A stretch of 64,000 nt of DNA from an uncultured Chloroflexia bacterium (GTDB lineage: Bacteria > Chloroflexota > Limnocylindria > Limnocylindrales > CSP1-4), in NCBI GenBank assembly GCA_963707215.1, contig CAVPPB010000003.1:1-64000 (forward strand), written 5' to 3'. Both the position numbers and the translations under genes were made by a program. Below are positions 33,881-43,515 of this stretch, in pieces. Each line of letters opens with the position of its first letter. Positions within the stretch are counted from its first letter, which is position 1. The notes beneath the pieces were generated by a model, which saw only the letters and a list, made by a program, of their open reading frames with translations, had not been told where the DNA came from and made no database searches.

Positions 33881-34366
33881 ATGCCGACGATCACCCCGAA
33901 CCTGTGGTTCGATGGCCGTGCGGAGGAGGCAGCCGCCTTCTACACCTCGATCTTCCCGAACAGCCGGATCGAGGCCGTCACCCGGGCCCCGGCGGACAAC
34001 CCGAGCACCGCTGTCGGCGAGGTCCTCCTGGTCCGCTTCACGCTCGACGGGATGCCGTTCGTCGGCATCAACGGCGGCCCTCGATTCCCGTTCACCGAGG
34101 CGGTCTCGTTCGAGATCGACTGCGAGGATCAGGCCGAGGTCGACCGCTACTGGGACGCCCTCGGCGGAGGGGGAGGGGATCACGGGCAGTGCGGCTGGCT
34201 CAAGGACCGCTTCGGGCTTTCGTGGCAGGTCGTGCCGCGGAGGGCGGCCGACTACCTTGGCGGCCCCGACCCGGAGGGCGCGGCGCGGGCCATGACGGCG
34301 ATGCTCGCGATGGGCAGGCTCGACGTCGAGACCCTCCGGCTCGCCTACGAGGGCCCGGCGGAGTGA
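33881..34366 (+). CDS. VOC/PhnB-like protein
   Basis: ITPNLWFDG.AEEAA.FY, QCGWLKDRFGLSWQV. Confidence 0.92.
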   Translation: MPTITPNLWFDGRAEEAAAFYTSIFPNSRIEAVTRAPADNPSTAVGEVLLVRFTLDGMPFVGINGGPRFPFTEAVSFEIDCEDQAEVDRYWDALGGGGGDHGQCGWLKDRFGLSWQVVPRRAADYLGGPDPEGAARAMTAMLAMGRLDVETLRLAYEGPAE

Positions 34367-34524
34367 GCGAGCCGTCGGCCAGGGAGCCGACCGCCCTCGG
34401 TCGTGTCCCGGCGGTCATCACCATCGCCGCCGAGGCGCATGCAGGGTTCCGGCCGATCCCTCAGTTCGGCCCGTACCACCCGAATCCGCTGATTCGCTGC
34501 CACCAGCGGCTGCTCGTCCGCTAG
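34363..34524 (+). pseudogene. possible GNAT acetyltransferase remnant
   Basis: 53-codon ORF ending AGFRPIPQFGPYHPNPLIRC, like GNAT C-termini (GF..IP.FG.Y...P...C); core missing. Confidence 0.35.
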
Positions 34525-34529
34525 ATCCG

Positions 34530-36578
34530 ATGGCCCGTCCCTCGTATCCGGTCGCCCCCGCCACCGATCAGGTCGACGATCATCACGGCACGCCGATCGC
34601 GGACCCATATCGACCTCTCGAGGATGCGGACGCTCCAGCGACCCGCTCCTGGATCGCCGCCGAGAATTCGCTGACTGAACGGATCCTCTCCGGGCAGCCG
34701 ACCCGTCCGGCCATCCGGCGGCGCCTGGCCGAGCTATGGGACCATCCGCGCGCCGGCGCGCCCTGGCGACGCGGCGACCGCTGGTTCCAGCTCCGTAACT
34801 CGGGGCTCCAGGACCAGGACGTCCTGTGGACCACCGACGAGCCGGGAGCGAACGGAACGGTCCTGCTCGACCCGAATGCGCTCGGCACCGAGGGCACGAC
34901 GACGCTCGCGGCGGTTGCCGTGGCAGACAGCGGCAGGCTCGTCGCCTGCGCGACGAGCGAGGCGGGCTCGGACTGGCGGACCTGGACTGTCCGGCGGGTC
35001 GCCACCGGGGAGGAGATGGCGGACCGGGTCCCCTGGAGCAAGTTCTCGTCGGCTGCCTGGACGGAGGACGACGCAGGCTTCTTCTACGCGCGCTACCCGG
35101 AGCCGCCAAGAGGCGCGGCGGACGACGCTCCGAACACCGACATGGAGCTCCGCTACCACCGAGTCGGGACGGATGTGGCTCGAGATCGGCTCGTGTTCGC
35201 GACGCCGGATCAGCCCGAGTTGGGGTTCGAGCCCCTCGTGACCGACGATGGCCACCTCCTCGTCGTGACGATCTCACGGGGGACCGACCCCGAGAGTCGG
35301 ATCCATGCCGCCGACCTCTCAGCCGGGATCGAGGGCGCCGTGGTGCGACCGGTCCTGGACCAGGGGGACGCCCTGTACGAGCCGATCGGCGCCGTCGATG
35401 GGACCCTGTACCTGCGGACCGATCTCGATGCCCCACTCGGCCGGGTCATCGCCGTCGACGTCGATCAGCCGACGTCGATCCGGGAGATCGTGCCGGAGAG
35501 GGAAGACGCCCTGGAGCGGGCCGAGCTCGTCGGCGACCGCCTCGCGCTGGCATACCTTCACCATGCCCACCACCGTCTGGCCATCCACGAGCGTGACGGT
35601 CGGCACGTGACCGACGTCGCGCTCCCGGGGATCGGGACCATCGTTGACATGGCGGGCCGCCGCCACGACGAGGAGCTGTACCTGACCCTCGCGACCTTCT
35701 TCGAACCAGCGGTGGTCGTGGCCGTGCGGATGACGACCGGCGCCGTTCGCGTGGTGAGCCGCCCGGCGCTCTCGTGGGATCCGGCCGTCTACGTGAGCGA
35801 GCAGGTCTTCGTGGCTTCCAGGGACGGCACCAGGGTCCCGCTGTTCCTGGCCCGTCGGCGGGACGTGACGCCGACGGGCGACATCCCGACCCTGCTCTAC
35901 GGGTACGGCGGCTTCCAGATCGCAGTCGGACCGACGTTCAAGCCCGAGTGGCTCGCCTGGATGGAACGTGGCGGCCTCCTCGCCGTGGCCTCGCTCCGTG
36001 GGGGAGGGGAGTACGGCAAGTCCTGGCACGATGCCGGTCGCCTGGCAGGCAAGCAGAACGTGTTCGACGACTTCGCCGCGTGCGCCCGCTGGCTGGCAGC
36101 ATCCGGCTGGACCCGGCCCGGTCGGATCGGCATCACGGGTCGTTCGAACGGCGGCCTCCTGGTGGGGGCGAGCCTGACCCAGCACCCGGAGCTGGTCGGG
36201 GCGGCCGTCGCCGAGGTCGGCGTGATGGACATGCTCCGGTTCCACCGCTTTACGATCGGCCATGCCTGGACGAGCGACTACGGATCGCCCGACGACCCGG
36301 AGCAGTTCCACGTGCTCGCCGCCTACTCGCCGCTCCACAACATCCGGGATGGGGTGGCCTACCCGCCGACCCTGGTGACGACCGGCGACCACGACGACCG
36401 GGTCGTGCCCGGGCACTCGTTCAAGTTCGCTGCGGCGCTCCAGGCCGCCCAGGCCGGCGATGCGCCGATCCTGATCCGGGTCGACACCGACGCGGGCCAC
36501 GGGCTGGGCAAGCCGATCAGCAAGCTGATCGACGAACGCGCCGACGTCCTCGCCTTCCTGGAGCTGGCGCTCGCATGA
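34530..36578 (+). CDS. prolyl oligopeptidase (S9A)
   Basis: DPYRPLED, YGYGGF, GRSNGG nucleophile, DHDDRV, AGHG. Confidence 0.95.
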   Translation: MARPSYPVAPATDQVDDHHGTPIADPYRPLEDADAPATRSWIAAENSLTERILSGQPTRPAIRRRLAELWDHPRAGAPWRRGDRWFQLRNSGLQDQDVLWTTDEPGANGTVLLDPNALGTEGTTTLAAVAVADSGRLVACATSEAGSDWRTWTVRRVATGEEMADRVPWSKFSSAAWTEDDAGFFYARYPEPPRGAADDAPNTDMELRYHRVGTDVARDRLVFATPDQPELGFEPLVTDDGHLLVVTISRGTDPESRIHAADLSAGIEGAVVRPVLDQGDALYEPIGAVDGTLYLRTDLDAPLGRVIAVDVDQPTSIREIVPEREDALERAELVGDRLALAYLHHAHHRLAIHERDGRHVTDVALPGIGTIVDMAGRRHDEELYLTLATFFEPAVVVAVRMTTGAVRVVSRPALSWDPAVYVSEQVFVASRDGTRVPLFLARRRDVTPTGDIPTLLYGYGGFQIAVGPTFKPEWLAWMERGGLLAVASLRGGGEYGKSWHDAGRLAGKQNVFDDFAACARWLAASGWTRPGRIGITGRSNGGLLVGASLTQHPELVGAAVAEVGVMDMLRFHRFTIGHAWTSDYGSPDDPEQFHVLAAYSPLHNIRDGVAYPPTLVTTGDHDDRVVPGHSFKFAAALQAAQAGDAPILIRVDTDAGHGLGKPISKLIDERADVLAFLELALA

Positions 36579-37555
36579 AGGCCGCCCTGCGTACGCGGTA
36601 CGGTCCACCGGATGTCGTCGAGGTCGCCGACGTGGCCCGGCCGGAGCCGGTCGGCGACGAGGTCCTCGTCCGTATGCAGGCCGCCTCGGTGAACCGCGCC
36701 GACCTCGACCTCATCTACCCGAAGCCGGGCTTCGTTCGCCTGTTCCTGGGGGTGCGGGCGCCGCGGGCCCCCGGGATCGGCTGTGATCTCGCCGGTGTGG
36801 TCGAGGCCGTCGGCCCCACGGCCAGGAGGTTCCGGCCGGGTGATCGCGTTTTCGGGGACATGTACCCGTTCGGGCTCGGCTCGTTCGCCGAGTACAAGGC
36901 CGTGCCCGAACGCGCCCTCCTGCCGATCCCCTCGGGCCTGAGCTTCGAGGTGGCAGCCACCCTTCCGCACGCCGGGATCCTGGCGGTCCAGGGCCTCCGT
37001 CGCCGTGGCGGGAATACGGTCCGTCCGGGCGACAGGGTCCTTGTCGTGGGGGCATCGGGCAACGTCGGGCCGTTCGCCGTCCAGGTCGCGAAGTCGCTCG
37101 GGGCGGAGGTCACCGGTGTGTGCAGCACGGCGAAGACGGAGTTCGTCCGGTCCCTCGGCGCCGATCACGTCATCGACTACACGAAGGAGGACTACACGAC
37201 GAGCGGCGCCCGGTACGACTGGATCGTCGACGTCGAGTCGCATCACGGGATCCCCGCGGTCCGGCGGGCACTGCGGCCAGGCGGCACCTACGTGACCCTG
37301 GGTGGGGGAGCGTGGCTCATCCTGGGCGCGCTGACCCTGGGCCCCCTGATGTCGCTGAGGAGCGACCGCTGGTCCGGCCTCTTGCTGTGGTGGCGACCGT
37401 TCGCGGCCGAGGACATGACGACCCTGACCGCGCTCGTGGCCGACGAACAGGTCAGGCCGGCGATCGACCGAAGCTTCGGCCTGGATGAGGTCGCGGAAGC
37501 ACTGCGCTACGTCGATGACGGTCACGCCCGGGGCAAGGTCATCATCAGGCCCTGA
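36575..37555 (+). CDS. NAD(P)-dependent MDR-family oxidoreductase
   Basis: YGPPDV, GASGNVG, LGADHVIDY, ARGKVII. Confidence 0.9.
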   Translation: MKAALRTRYGPPDVVEVADVARPEPVGDEVLVRMQAASVNRADLDLIYPKPGFVRLFLGVRAPRAPGIGCDLAGVVEAVGPTARRFRPGDRVFGDMYPFGLGSFAEYKAVPERALLPIPSGLSFEVAATLPHAGILAVQGLRRRGGNTVRPGDRVLVVGASGNVGPFAVQVAKSLGAEVTGVCSTAKTEFVRSLGADHVIDYTKEDYTTSGARYDWIVDVESHHGIPAVRRALRPGGTYVTLGGGAWLILGALTLGPLMSLRSDRWSGLLLWWRPFAAEDMTTLTALVADEQVRPAIDRSFGLDEVAEALRYVDDGHARGKVIIRP

Positions 37556-37593
37556 TCGCGCCCGACGGACGCGGCAGGCCGCGGCGGGCTACG

Positions 37594-37863
37594 ATGCGGC
37601 TCGTGCGCTACCTCTCGGCGATCCTGCTCGTCCTGTCGCTGCCGGCGGGCGCCCTGGGCTACGCGCTCGGCGCCCGCATCGTCGAGGCCGTCGGGTTCCC
37701 CGAGCCCGTGCAGGGCATCCTGGCGCTCTTCCTGCCTCTGTTCGTCGGGGGCCTCTTCATGATCCCATTCGTCGCTGTCTTCTTCGACCGGATGGCGAAA
37801 CGGGATCTCGCGGCACGGCCCCAGAGCCGTGGCGGGAAGCCGGACGACAAGGGTCGCAGGTAG
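37594..37863 (+). CDS. small 2-TM membrane protein (start may be GTG 37603)
   Basis: Two hydrophobic stretches; TACGAT 7 nt before GTG 37603. Confidence 0.65.
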   Translation: MRLVRYLSAILLVLSLPAGALGYALGARIVEAVGFPEPVQGILALFLPLFVGGLFMIPFVAVFFDRMAKRDLAARPQSRGGKPDDKGRR

Positions 37864-37998
37864 ACGACCCGAGCTCCTTGCGATGCGGAGCGGCCATGGA
37901 GCGTCGCCTGGCGAGTCGGTCGTGCACGTACAGGACGCGCCATCCGCGTCGGATCTCGCCGGAACCGATCAGGTCGTCGAGGCCTATACGTGCACATG

Positions 37999-38721
37999 TC
38001 AGATGGTCGGTGGGACGGGCCTGCCCGGGAACAGCAGCCTGAACTGCTTCGCGTACTGGCGCTTGCCCACGAGGCGCCAGAGCACCTTCACGGAGAGGGG
38101 CATGCCCGCGTAGAAGAGCTTGCGCTCGGCGGGCGTGGAGTTCGCGAGCAGCATCCCGAGCTGCGGCAGGAGGCGACTCTTCGGGATCGCGTCGACGCTG
38201 TGGTCGCCCATCGCCGTCCACTCCTCCGTGGTGACCACCCGCTCGGCCACCGGGACGACCTCCACCACTTCACGGCGCAGGTGGACCTTCAGCACCTCGA
38301 GCATCCGCACGTAGGCATCGGCCAGCTGTTCGCCGATCGCCGGGTCGGCCGTCGCGCGCCATCGGGCGAGGAGCGGCTCCGCCTCCGCGAGCAATGCCGC
38401 GACCTGCGCGTGGTGCGCCCGCATCTGGCCGACGTGGAGCGCGCAGGCCGGGGCGCGCTGCTCGAGCTTGTCCCACAGGAACTCGTCTTCGCTCTCGTGA
38501 TGCGTGTGCAGCGTCGTGTCGAGATCGGCGAGCCACTGGCCGAGGAATTCGCTGCGTGCCGTGTCGCCGGCGGGGGCGCCGCGCACCATCCCGGGCGCCT
38601 GTTCGTATCCCCACAGGAACGCGTTGTGCAGGATGCGCATGTCGTCGCCGTTGCACAGCTTCGGCCCGTCGGGAACGGGCGGAGCGGTCTCACCGGGCAG
38701 GGGGACGTACTCCATGGCCAT
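37999..38721 (-). CDS. hemerythrin-like (HHE) domain protein
   Basis: MRILHNAF, LHTHHESED, HHAQV, HLRRE. Confidence 0.85.
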   Translation of the reverse strand: MAMEYVPLPGETAPPVPDGPKLCNGDDMRILHNAFLWGYEQAPGMVRGAPAGDTARSEFLGQWLADLDTTLHTHHESEDEFLWDKLEQRAPACALHVGQMRAHHAQVAALLAEAEPLLARWRATADPAIGEQLADAYVRMLEVLKVHLRREVVEVVPVAERVVTTEEWTAMGDHSVDAIPKSRLLPQLGMLLANSTPAERKLFYAGMPLSVKVLWRLVGKRQYAKQFRLLFPGRPVPPTI

Positions 38722-39334
38722 GAACGGAGCTCCTGGTGGCGGGGTGGATCGTAAGGAAGCCTAGGGTCCACGACCGCGACCGGCAATCGGCAATCCCGCC
38801 ACGCGGACGCCGTCCGCGCTTCGTGGCGCACCGTGCGCGCTCGCATCGGCGGCGCGGATCGAGCCTTGCCTGGGCGGCGGATTGACCACGGGGCATGAGG
38901 ATCGATGCCGCCACGGCCATCCCATGCGTACCGGTCACGGACTTGACCGACGAACTGGCTCACGGCGCCCGCAGACCGTCGGGTTCGTGACCACAGGTCG
39001 ATAATCAGACAGCGCCGCCGGGATTCTGCTGCCCACTGGTCGATGAGACCGGATAAGCCGTCGACCGTCATCGCCGAAGTCGTCCGCGATGCCATCGACC
39101 CGACCGTCCCGAGCGATCCTGGTGACCGTCGGGCTCGCCACGCCCGCCTCCTGGCTGCAGCGGGGCGGTTGCACTCGGGGACTGGAGATCTGGCCGCACT
39201 GCGACCGACCCTGGCGATCGTCGGCCCGCTCCGTCAATTCGTGGGACACTTCGTGCACAGGAGTAGGACCGCCGCCCGCAGGGACCGCGCGACCCGGCTG
39301 AGGCCACGACGTGAAAGGAGCGGGAGTGACCGCG

Positions 39335-40099
39335 ATGACCAGCACCGCCGCACGCCCGGCCTGGGTGGAGCTCGCCACGGATGATCCAGCAGCCGCACGC
39401 GACTTCTATGCGAAGCTGTTCGGCTGGCAGGTCCAGGTCGATCCCGATCCACAGTACGGCGGCTACGGCATGGCTCGGCTCCCCGGTGGCGAGGGGGATG
39501 TCGCGGGCATCACGGCCAAGATGATGTCCGAGGCGCCGACGGCCTGGAACCTCTACATCGGCACCGATGACGCCGATGCCCTCAGCGCAGCGGTCACGGC
39601 CGCGGGCGGCAGCGTCCTCGCACCCGCCTTCGATGTCGGCGAGATGGGCCGGATGGCGGTCCTTGCCGATCCGACGGGGGCCGTGATCTCGGCCTGGCAG
39701 GCTGGCAGCATGCGCAGCTTCCGGACGGGCGAGCCGGGCACCTTGGGCTGGGCGGAGATCAGCGCGCGCGGGATGGACAAGGCGCGGGCGTTCTACGAGG
39801 CGGTCTTCGGCTGGACCAGCACGTCGAGCCCGATGGGGGAGGGCCAGCCCGACTACGTCGAGTTCTCGGTAGGCGGCGAGAGCGTCGTCGGCGGCATGGA
39901 GATGATGCCGATGGTCCCGCCCGAGGTGCCCAGCTACTGGATGCCGTACTTCAACGTCGAGAGCGTGGAGGACAGCTTCGAGCGCGCGATCGGTCTGGGC
40001 GCCACGGAGCTCGTGTCCCCGAGTGACATGCCGGGCGGCCGGTTCGCCATCGTGCAGGACCCGCAGGGAGCCGCGTTCGGCCTGCTTCGGCTGGGCTAG
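39335..40099 (+). CDS. tandem VOC/glyoxalase family protein
   Basis: WVEL.T.D..AA..FY..LFGW; DPTGA; WMPYF.V; DPQGA. Confidence 0.92.
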   Translation: MTSTAARPAWVELATDDPAAARDFYAKLFGWQVQVDPDPQYGGYGMARLPGGEGDVAGITAKMMSEAPTAWNLYIGTDDADALSAAVTAAGGSVLAPAFDVGEMGRMAVLADPTGAVISAWQAGSMRSFRTGEPGTLGWAEISARGMDKARAFYEAVFGWTSTSSPMGEGQPDYVEFSVGGESVVGGMEMMPMVPPEVPSYWMPYFNVESVEDSFERAIGLGATELVSPSDMPGGRFAIVQDPQGAAFGLLRLG

Positions 40100-40312
40100 G
40101 CGACTCCAGAGCTCGCCCGTCGCTTCAGGGCGCTTCAGGGCGCTTCCGTCAGCGCCACGACCCGGCTGGATACGCGGCATCACGGCCCCCGCGGCCCGCC
40201 GAGACCGCCAGAGGCCGGTCCTTCCTACGCGTGATGCGGGCCTGCGTCAGCTGACGCGCCCAGGAAGCCGGCACAGGCTGACGACGCACATCCGCACCTG
40301 GTGTGCGTCGCT

Positions 40313-40340
40313 GCAGGACATAACTTACCTTATCGGTAGT
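40313..40340 (-). other. dif-like XerC/XerD recombination site
   Basis: Minus strand ACTACCGATAA-GGTAAG-TTATGTCCTGC (11-6-11), AT-rich, intergenic, at the point where gene orientation converges. Confidence 0.75.
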
Positions 40341-40396
40341 GAGCCAGCGGACCTGAAGGGCCTCCCTGGCACCGAGGATCGCGGCTCGTCGCAGCG

Positions 40397-41728
40397 TCAG
40401 GCCAGTGCCGTGTCCGGCGCCCGCCCCTGGCGCGGTTCGTGGCGAGGCTCGTGGACCTGGGTCAGGAGCAGCGCACCCAGCGCGAACAGGACGAGCGCGG
40501 CGAGCATCGCTGCTCGAGCGCCGACGGCCTGGCTGACCGCCGCTCCGGCGACGAACATGATGGCGCCGCCGATCGCGGTGGCGATGGGTCCGTTCGTCGC
40601 CTCGACGATGTTGCTCATCCCCATGTAGCGACCTGCGGACGCCTTGGGGATGATCTCGGTCATCAAGGCCCAATCCACGGCGAGGAAGGCGCCACCACCC
40701 AGTCCGACGATGGCTACCCCGGCCACGGCAATCGGCATGCTGGGAGCCAGTCCGACGATGGTCATCCCGACGGCTCCCGCGCCGGCTGCCATGAAGATCA
40801 CCGGCTTCCGCCCGATCCTGTCCGAGAGCCGGGCTCCAGGAAGCGTCCCGACGACGGTCGCCGTGACGGACGCTGCCAGCGTGATGAGGATCCACATACC
40901 CCGTTCCTGGCCGCCGATGTCGAAGACGCGCGCCATGTAGTAGATGTTCAGGTTCATGAAGAAGCCAACGGCCATCAGGATGCAGAACCTCGACGCCAGG
41001 AGATAGACGTAGTCGCGCTCGCGGAGGATGTCCCGGCCGAAGGTCTCGAGGCCGATGCGTGTCCACGACCTCCCCGCTCGAGCCTTGCCTGGCGGGCCGC
41101 TCGGGACCCAGAGGGCCGTGCCGATCCCGGTCGCGAGGATGATGGTACCCAGCAGGAGCATCGGGACCGTGAAGTCCTCGTCGAATGCTGGTAGGTATCC
41201 GAGGGTCATGATCAGGTAGCCACCGACCAGGCCGAGCGTGATCATCAGGCCCATCAACCCGCTGGCGATGCCGACCTGGCGCTCGGGGACTAGGTCCGGG
41301 ACGAGGCCGGCGAACGGTCCCCTGGCGATGTTCGACGTGAGCTGGAGGAGGACGAAGAAGCCGATGAGGGCGACCACGGAGTCGGCCATGGCCAGGCCCG
41401 CCATCGCCAGGAAGGTCGCGGCGGAGCCAGCCACGATGAAGGGCTTCCGTTTGCCCCACCGCGTCGTCACGTGGTCGCTCACGGAGCCGGCCACGGGCAT
41501 CGTGAGGGCGGCGACCGGCATCGCAACGAGCTCCATGACGATGAGGATCAGCTCCCCTTCGTCTCCGCCGAGCTGCTGGGTCCGTTCCTGCTGGAACACC
41601 TCGAACCCGCCCCAGATCGAGTTCAGGGCGAACCAGAAGATGCTGATCTGGAACAGCTGGACCGCCGACAGGGCGGCGGTCGGGCGCGTCGGCTGGTCCG
41701 GCGTCGATCCCATCGCAGGCGGTTCCAT
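40397..41728 (-). CDS. MFS transporter
   Basis: About 12 TM; GSVSDHVTTRWGKRKPF and LSDRIGRK loop motifs. Confidence 0.9.
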   Translation of the reverse strand: MEPPAMGSTPDQPTRPTAALSAVQLFQISIFWFALNSIWGGFEVFQQERTQQLGGDEGELILIVMELVAMPVAALTMPVAGSVSDHVTTRWGKRKPFIVAGSAATFLAMAGLAMADSVVALIGFFVLLQLTSNIARGPFAGLVPDLVPERQVGIASGLMGLMITLGLVGGYLIMTLGYLPAFDEDFTVPMLLLGTIILATGIGTALWVPSGPPGKARAGRSWTRIGLETFGRDILRERDYVYLLASRFCILMAVGFFMNLNIYYMARVFDIGGQERGMWILITLAASVTATVVGTLPGARLSDRIGRKPVIFMAAGAGAVGMTIVGLAPSMPIAVAGVAIVGLGGGAFLAVDWALMTEIIPKASAGRYMGMSNIVEATNGPIATAIGGAIMFVAGAAVSQAVGARAAMLAALVLFALGALLLTQVHEPRHEPRQGRAPDTALA

Positions 41729-41777
41729 GGCGTCGCTCCCCTGACCTCTCCGACGCACGGCGGGTCCTCGCGTTGCA

Positions 41778-42596
41778 TCACGCACGGCAGGCGTTCCCGT
41801 AGTAGAGCGGCAGGTCGAAGCCGATGTGGGCTGCGATGGGGATCGCGAGCGAGCCGGTCCGCAGGACGATGAGCCCGGCCAGGAGTCCCCCACCGGTCAT
41901 CGCGACCCACAGGAGAGCGGATGGTCCGCCCACGTCGGGTCCTGCCGCATGGGCGAGACCGAACACGACGGCCTGGCCGACGATGGCGACCGGCGCGCCG
42001 AGCACCCGCGTCGTCCACGCCTGGAGACTGCCCCGATAGGCGACTTCCTCCATGAGGCCGTTGCTGACCGCGAACACCGTGGCGGGCAGCAAGGCGATCG
42101 GATCATCCAGCCGCAGATCGATGGGCCCGAAGAACGGCTCGGCGAGCGGCGGGCCGAGGAGCAGGCCCGTAGGCCCAGCGGCGACGAAGGCGAGCGTGGC
42201 GATCAGCCCGACCCGACGGGACGGCCGCCGAAGCCCCAGCTCGCCTGCCCCACCCCCTACGAGCGGCAAGAGGACGGCGACCGCCCCCAACGTGAGGATC
42301 GCCTCGACGAAGCGCCAGGTCGCGAAGGGCGCATCGATCGAGGCACAGGTCGACCCATCCGTGGCCGTGGCCGGCAGGTCGACCAGGCTCCACACCAGGC
42401 TGACGGCTACCGGGATCCCAGCAGCCCACGCCCCGGCCTCCGGGTGCCGTCCACGCGCCCGGAGGACCACGAAGCCCGTCGCCAGGACCGCGAGGCCGAG
42501 GGGGGCGACCGGGCGGACCACCGCGATGAGTGCCAGCAAGGCGAGCGGAATGACGGCCAGGAGCGCGGGACGCGGCGGGAGGCGATCGTCGCGCAT
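41778..42596 (-). CDS. CPBP (Abi/CAAX) intramembrane metalloprotease
   Basis: EEVAYRG, FGLAH, AHIGFD. Confidence 0.88.
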   Translation of the reverse strand: MRDDRLPPRPALLAVIPLALLALIAVVRPVAPLGLAVLATGFVVLRARGRHPEAGAWAAGIPVAVSLVWSLVDLPATATDGSTCASIDAPFATWRFVEAILTLGAVAVLLPLVGGGAGELGLRRPSRRVGLIATLAFVAAGPTGLLLGPPLAEPFFGPIDLRLDDPIALLPATVFAVSNGLMEEVAYRGSLQAWTTRVLGAPVAIVGQAVVFGLAHAAGPDVGGPSALLWVAMTGGGLLAGLIVLRTGSLAIPIAAHIGFDLPLYYGNACRA

Positions 42597-42727
42597 CGAG
42601 CGGAGCGTGGGTCCGTGACGGCTCGACCGCAAGGGCCGGAGCGACGGGCCCGGGATCGCGGGGCCGGCCCGTCCCAGGGAGGGGTCGCTGGCGAGCCACG
42701 TCCTCGACGCGGCGGGCACAACGAAGC

Positions 42728-42811
42728 GCCCGAAGGAACCTCAGGTCCGTCACCGGCCCCACAAGAGCAAGCCCCTGCAGCACCGCCGTCGTTCCAGTGG
42801 CCCCTTCGGGC
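42728..42811 (-). ncRNA. candidate rod-like small RNA or structured leader (84 nt)
   Basis: 41-nt arms pair in register on the minus strand (26 WC + 8 G-U, 7 mismatches); TAGATT -10 box 7 nt upstream. Confidence 0.5.
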
Positions 42812-42852
42812 AAAACCGAATCTACGCGAGCCGAGGGTCCAGGGGAAGAGGG

Positions 42853-43515
42853 TTATCCACGAGTTTCGGATGAACCGGCGGGATCCGACGGTGTTGTCCA
42901 CACGGCGTCCACATCCGGGCGGTCGAGGTAGCGCCCGTCCGGCCCGTCGAGCTCCAGCGCCCAGGTGCTGGCGTCGGGCACGACCGGCCATCCATCGGGA
43001 TCGAGCCGCACGATCTCGGGCTCGGCCCCGACGACACCGAGGCTCCAGGTGTCGTGGGCCCGCCGGGAGACCCGGATCATGACCGGGTCGACGTGCAGGT
43101 AGGGGTCGACGGCCAACCCGGGCACGACCGCGGCCTCCCCCACCCTCGAGGTGGTCTCGAGGCTGCGCGCCAGGGCCGCCAGGACCACGATGGAGCCCGG
43201 GACGAGGAGGCCGTGCCGGGAGCTCCACTCCACGGCCACATGGCGCAGGCCGTCGGCGGTCGCGACGTTGCCGTGGACCGCGTCCTCGGCGCGCTCGGGA
43301 TGAAGCGTCAGGAGGCCGCTCGCTGACGTCATCTCGAGCCTCGACCAGCGGCCGAGCGGATCGAGCTCGAGCAGGATCCCGAGCGTCCCACCGGCGACCT
43401 CCCGGACCTCGCGCCAGCGTCGGCCTCGCGACCCTTCGGCCACCGACCACCACGCCCGCCGGCCGTCCACCGACAGGCCGTGGCCGGCCTGTCGCAGCCA
43501 GACCTGGTCAGGCAT
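42853..43515 (-). CDS. hypothetical protein downstream of hflX
   Basis: ATG 43515 overlapping hflX end; [15 protein letters not shown]...LTLHPE...HGNV; GC3-rich codons. Confidence 0.7.
   Translation of the reverse strand: MPDQVWLRQAGHGLSVDGRRAWWSVAEGSRGRRWREVREVAGGTLGILLELDPLGRWSRLEMTSASGLLTLHPERAEDAVHGNVATADGLRHVAVEWSSRHGLLVPGSIVVLAALARSLETTSRVGEAAVVPGLAVDPYLHVDPVMIRVSRRAHDTWSLGVVGAEPEIVRLDPDGWPVVPDASTWALELDGPDGRYLDRPDVDAVWTTPSDPAGSSETRG

Noticed and set aside
38994-39021. Second dif-like site (CAGGTCGATAA...)
   Set aside because: Only a XerC-like half. There is no TTATGT arm after the 6-bp spacer.
40121-40146. CGCTTCAGGG tandem duplication near the dif-like site
   Set aside because: Only about 2.6 copies, likely slippage, with no evidence of function.
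42740-42760. SRP RNA (TCAGGTCCG on + strand)
   Set aside because: Not followed by GAAGGAAGCAG, and pairing favours the minus strand.
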